DNA of 46,559 nucleotides, from the IMG/VR virus record IMGVR_UViG_3300022178_004311, positions 1 to 46,559 of that record, one strand, 5' to 3'. This document shows, piece by piece, positions 45,715 to 46,559 of the stretch. How positions within the stretch are numbered: the stretch's first letter is position 1; every line of letters begins with the position of its first letter. The DNA is from a virus. Lineage: Duplodnaviria > Caudoviricetes. Made by a program: the position numbers and the translations under genes. Below the pieces are notes generated by a model, which did no database searches, was not told where the DNA came from, and saw nothing but the letters and a program-made list of their open reading frames with translations.

Positions 45715-46007
45715 TACACTTTCCCCTTGTAGCCAAGTTCTCTCATTGCAGAAACAGGATTCGTTTCTTCGGCGAGTTTCAAATATGTCTCTACACCAAC
45801 ATTCTTTGTCAAGAAATTTACCCAAGCCTTCCAAGGCTTGTAAGGACCATACTTGAATCGAGCAACGAATGCAGGCTTCTGCTTACCAACCCACGATGGG
45901 TGACAGTTAGGACGAACTTCATCCATTGTCTTAGAGCCCTTGTAAGGACCCTCGTACATCAGATACATGCCGTCGAAAGCGAAGTCTTCTTTGATAAATG
46001 ATGTCAT
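45714..46007 (-). CDS. hypothetical early protein
   Basis: GGAGA RBS after a sigma70 promoter; FVARFKY motif. Confidence 0.7.
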   Translation of the reverse strand: MTSFIKEDFAFDGMYLMYEGPYKGSKTMDEVRPNCHPSWVGKQKPAFVARFKYGPYKPWKAWVNFLTKNVGVETYLKLAEETNPVSAMRELGYKGKV

Positions 46008-46038
46008 GCATATCTCCAGTTATTCGTTCAGTATGGTT

Positions 46039-46067
46039 ATTATAGCAATACTGAACCAGAAGGTCAA
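46039..46067 (-). promoter_or_regulatory. sigma70-type promoter TTGACC-N17-TATAAT
   Basis: Near-perfect consensus. Confidence 0.8.
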
Positions 46068-46074
46068 CGCAGAG

Positions 46075-46111
46075 AATCAAGGGGTTACAGAAAAATCGTA
46101 AGCCCTTGATT
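46075..46111. repeat. 14 bp inverted repeat (1 mismatch, 9 bp spacer); each arm matches the IHF consensus WATCAANNNNTTR
   Basis: AATCAAGGGGTTAC-agaaaaatc-GTAAGCCCTTGATT. Confidence 0.7.
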
Positions 46112-46145
46112 AGGTAGGAAATTAATATTTAGATAAATCAGCTAG

Positions 46146-46559
46146 TTAGAATAATTCGCTGTAATCTTTCTTGTTGGATGCAGATCGTCCACGGTCAAAC
46201 ACGGGAATGTTGTCGTCATGTTGAGGTTCCTGCATTATACCGTCTTGTGCAGATTGCTCGACATCATATAGTCTCATTCGTGATCTATCAATACCAACCA
46301 CAAATCTCTTATTCATCGTCGGATCATTATACCTATTCTTCAGCTGCTTGACCATTACTTGGTTCAATGCTTGCAACTCGTCGGTACTTATGATTGCCAG
46401 CATGAAGTCAGCTGTTGCAGGTAGACCAAATGATTCTGATGTGTCAGTAAGCTCTACATCGCTATTAGAGAAACCAGATCGTGTCGTCTGCGTTGCACTA
46501 AAGATAGGAACATCCTTCTCTACGGCCAGGCCTCTAAGCTCTTCGGCAATACTCTTAAT
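46146..46559 (-). CDS. T4 gp41-like replicative DNA helicase (3' part; starts outside the window)
   Basis: IAEELRGLAVE...SATQTTRSG...TDTSESFGLPATADFM...VKQLKNRYNDP...RFVVGIDRSRMRLYDVEQ. Confidence 0.93.
   Translation of the reverse strand: MKSIAEELRGLAVEKDVPIFSATQTTRSGFSNSDVELTDTSESFGLPATADFMLAIISTDELQALNQVMVKQLKNRYNDPTMNKRFVVGIDRSRMRLYDVEQSAQDGIMQEPQHDDNIPVFDRGRSASNKKDYSELF

Noticed and set aside
686-46001. Numerous plus-strand ORFs of 60-135 aa in the track
   Set aside because: They lie antisense to well-supported minus-strand genes and have no motifs; only 7303..7923 and 22260..22811 have independent support
1-46559. tRNA, rRNA, CRISPR arrays, transposases, integrase
   Set aside because: None recognised by eye and intergenic gaps are mostly too short; a tRNAscan/Infernal run would be needed to exclude them formally

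Overview
46.6 kb of a T4-like (myovirus-type) dsDNA phage genome, probably aquatic or marine, with almost all genes on the minus strand. Core genes: the 3' end of the gp41-type helicase, gp61 primase, NrdA/NrdB, dCMP deaminase, RNase H, a PD-(D/E)XK exonuclease, PhoH and GroES. Regulatory signals: T4 late promoters (TATAAATA) and eight sigma70-type promoters with a GTTGAC/TATAAT-like consensus. Accessory content: an ErpA/IscA-type Fe-S carrier at the left edge; a ~10 kb glycan-modification cluster (glycosyltransferases, kinase, nucleotidyltransferase-HAD fusion, methyltransferase, Fe/2OG oxygenase); two antisense NUMOD3-bearing genes; a papain-like protease; two HEXXH peptidases; and a block of probable capsid-internal polyproteins that includes a KxDG ligase-like protein and an HxGH nucleotidyltransferase. 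The most striking element is a tandem pair of signal-peptide-bearing proteins. Each fuses a c-type heme domain (CxxCH) to a PHM/DBH-type copper monooxygenase fold with the expected Cu ligands, and the pair sits inside the lysis region (lysozyme, lipase, [pair], spanins, holin-like). An internally deleted cytidylyltransferase scar and an inverted pair of IHF-consensus sites were also found. No tRNA, rRNA or CRISPR array was seen. All family assignments come from motif recognition by eye; no database search was run.
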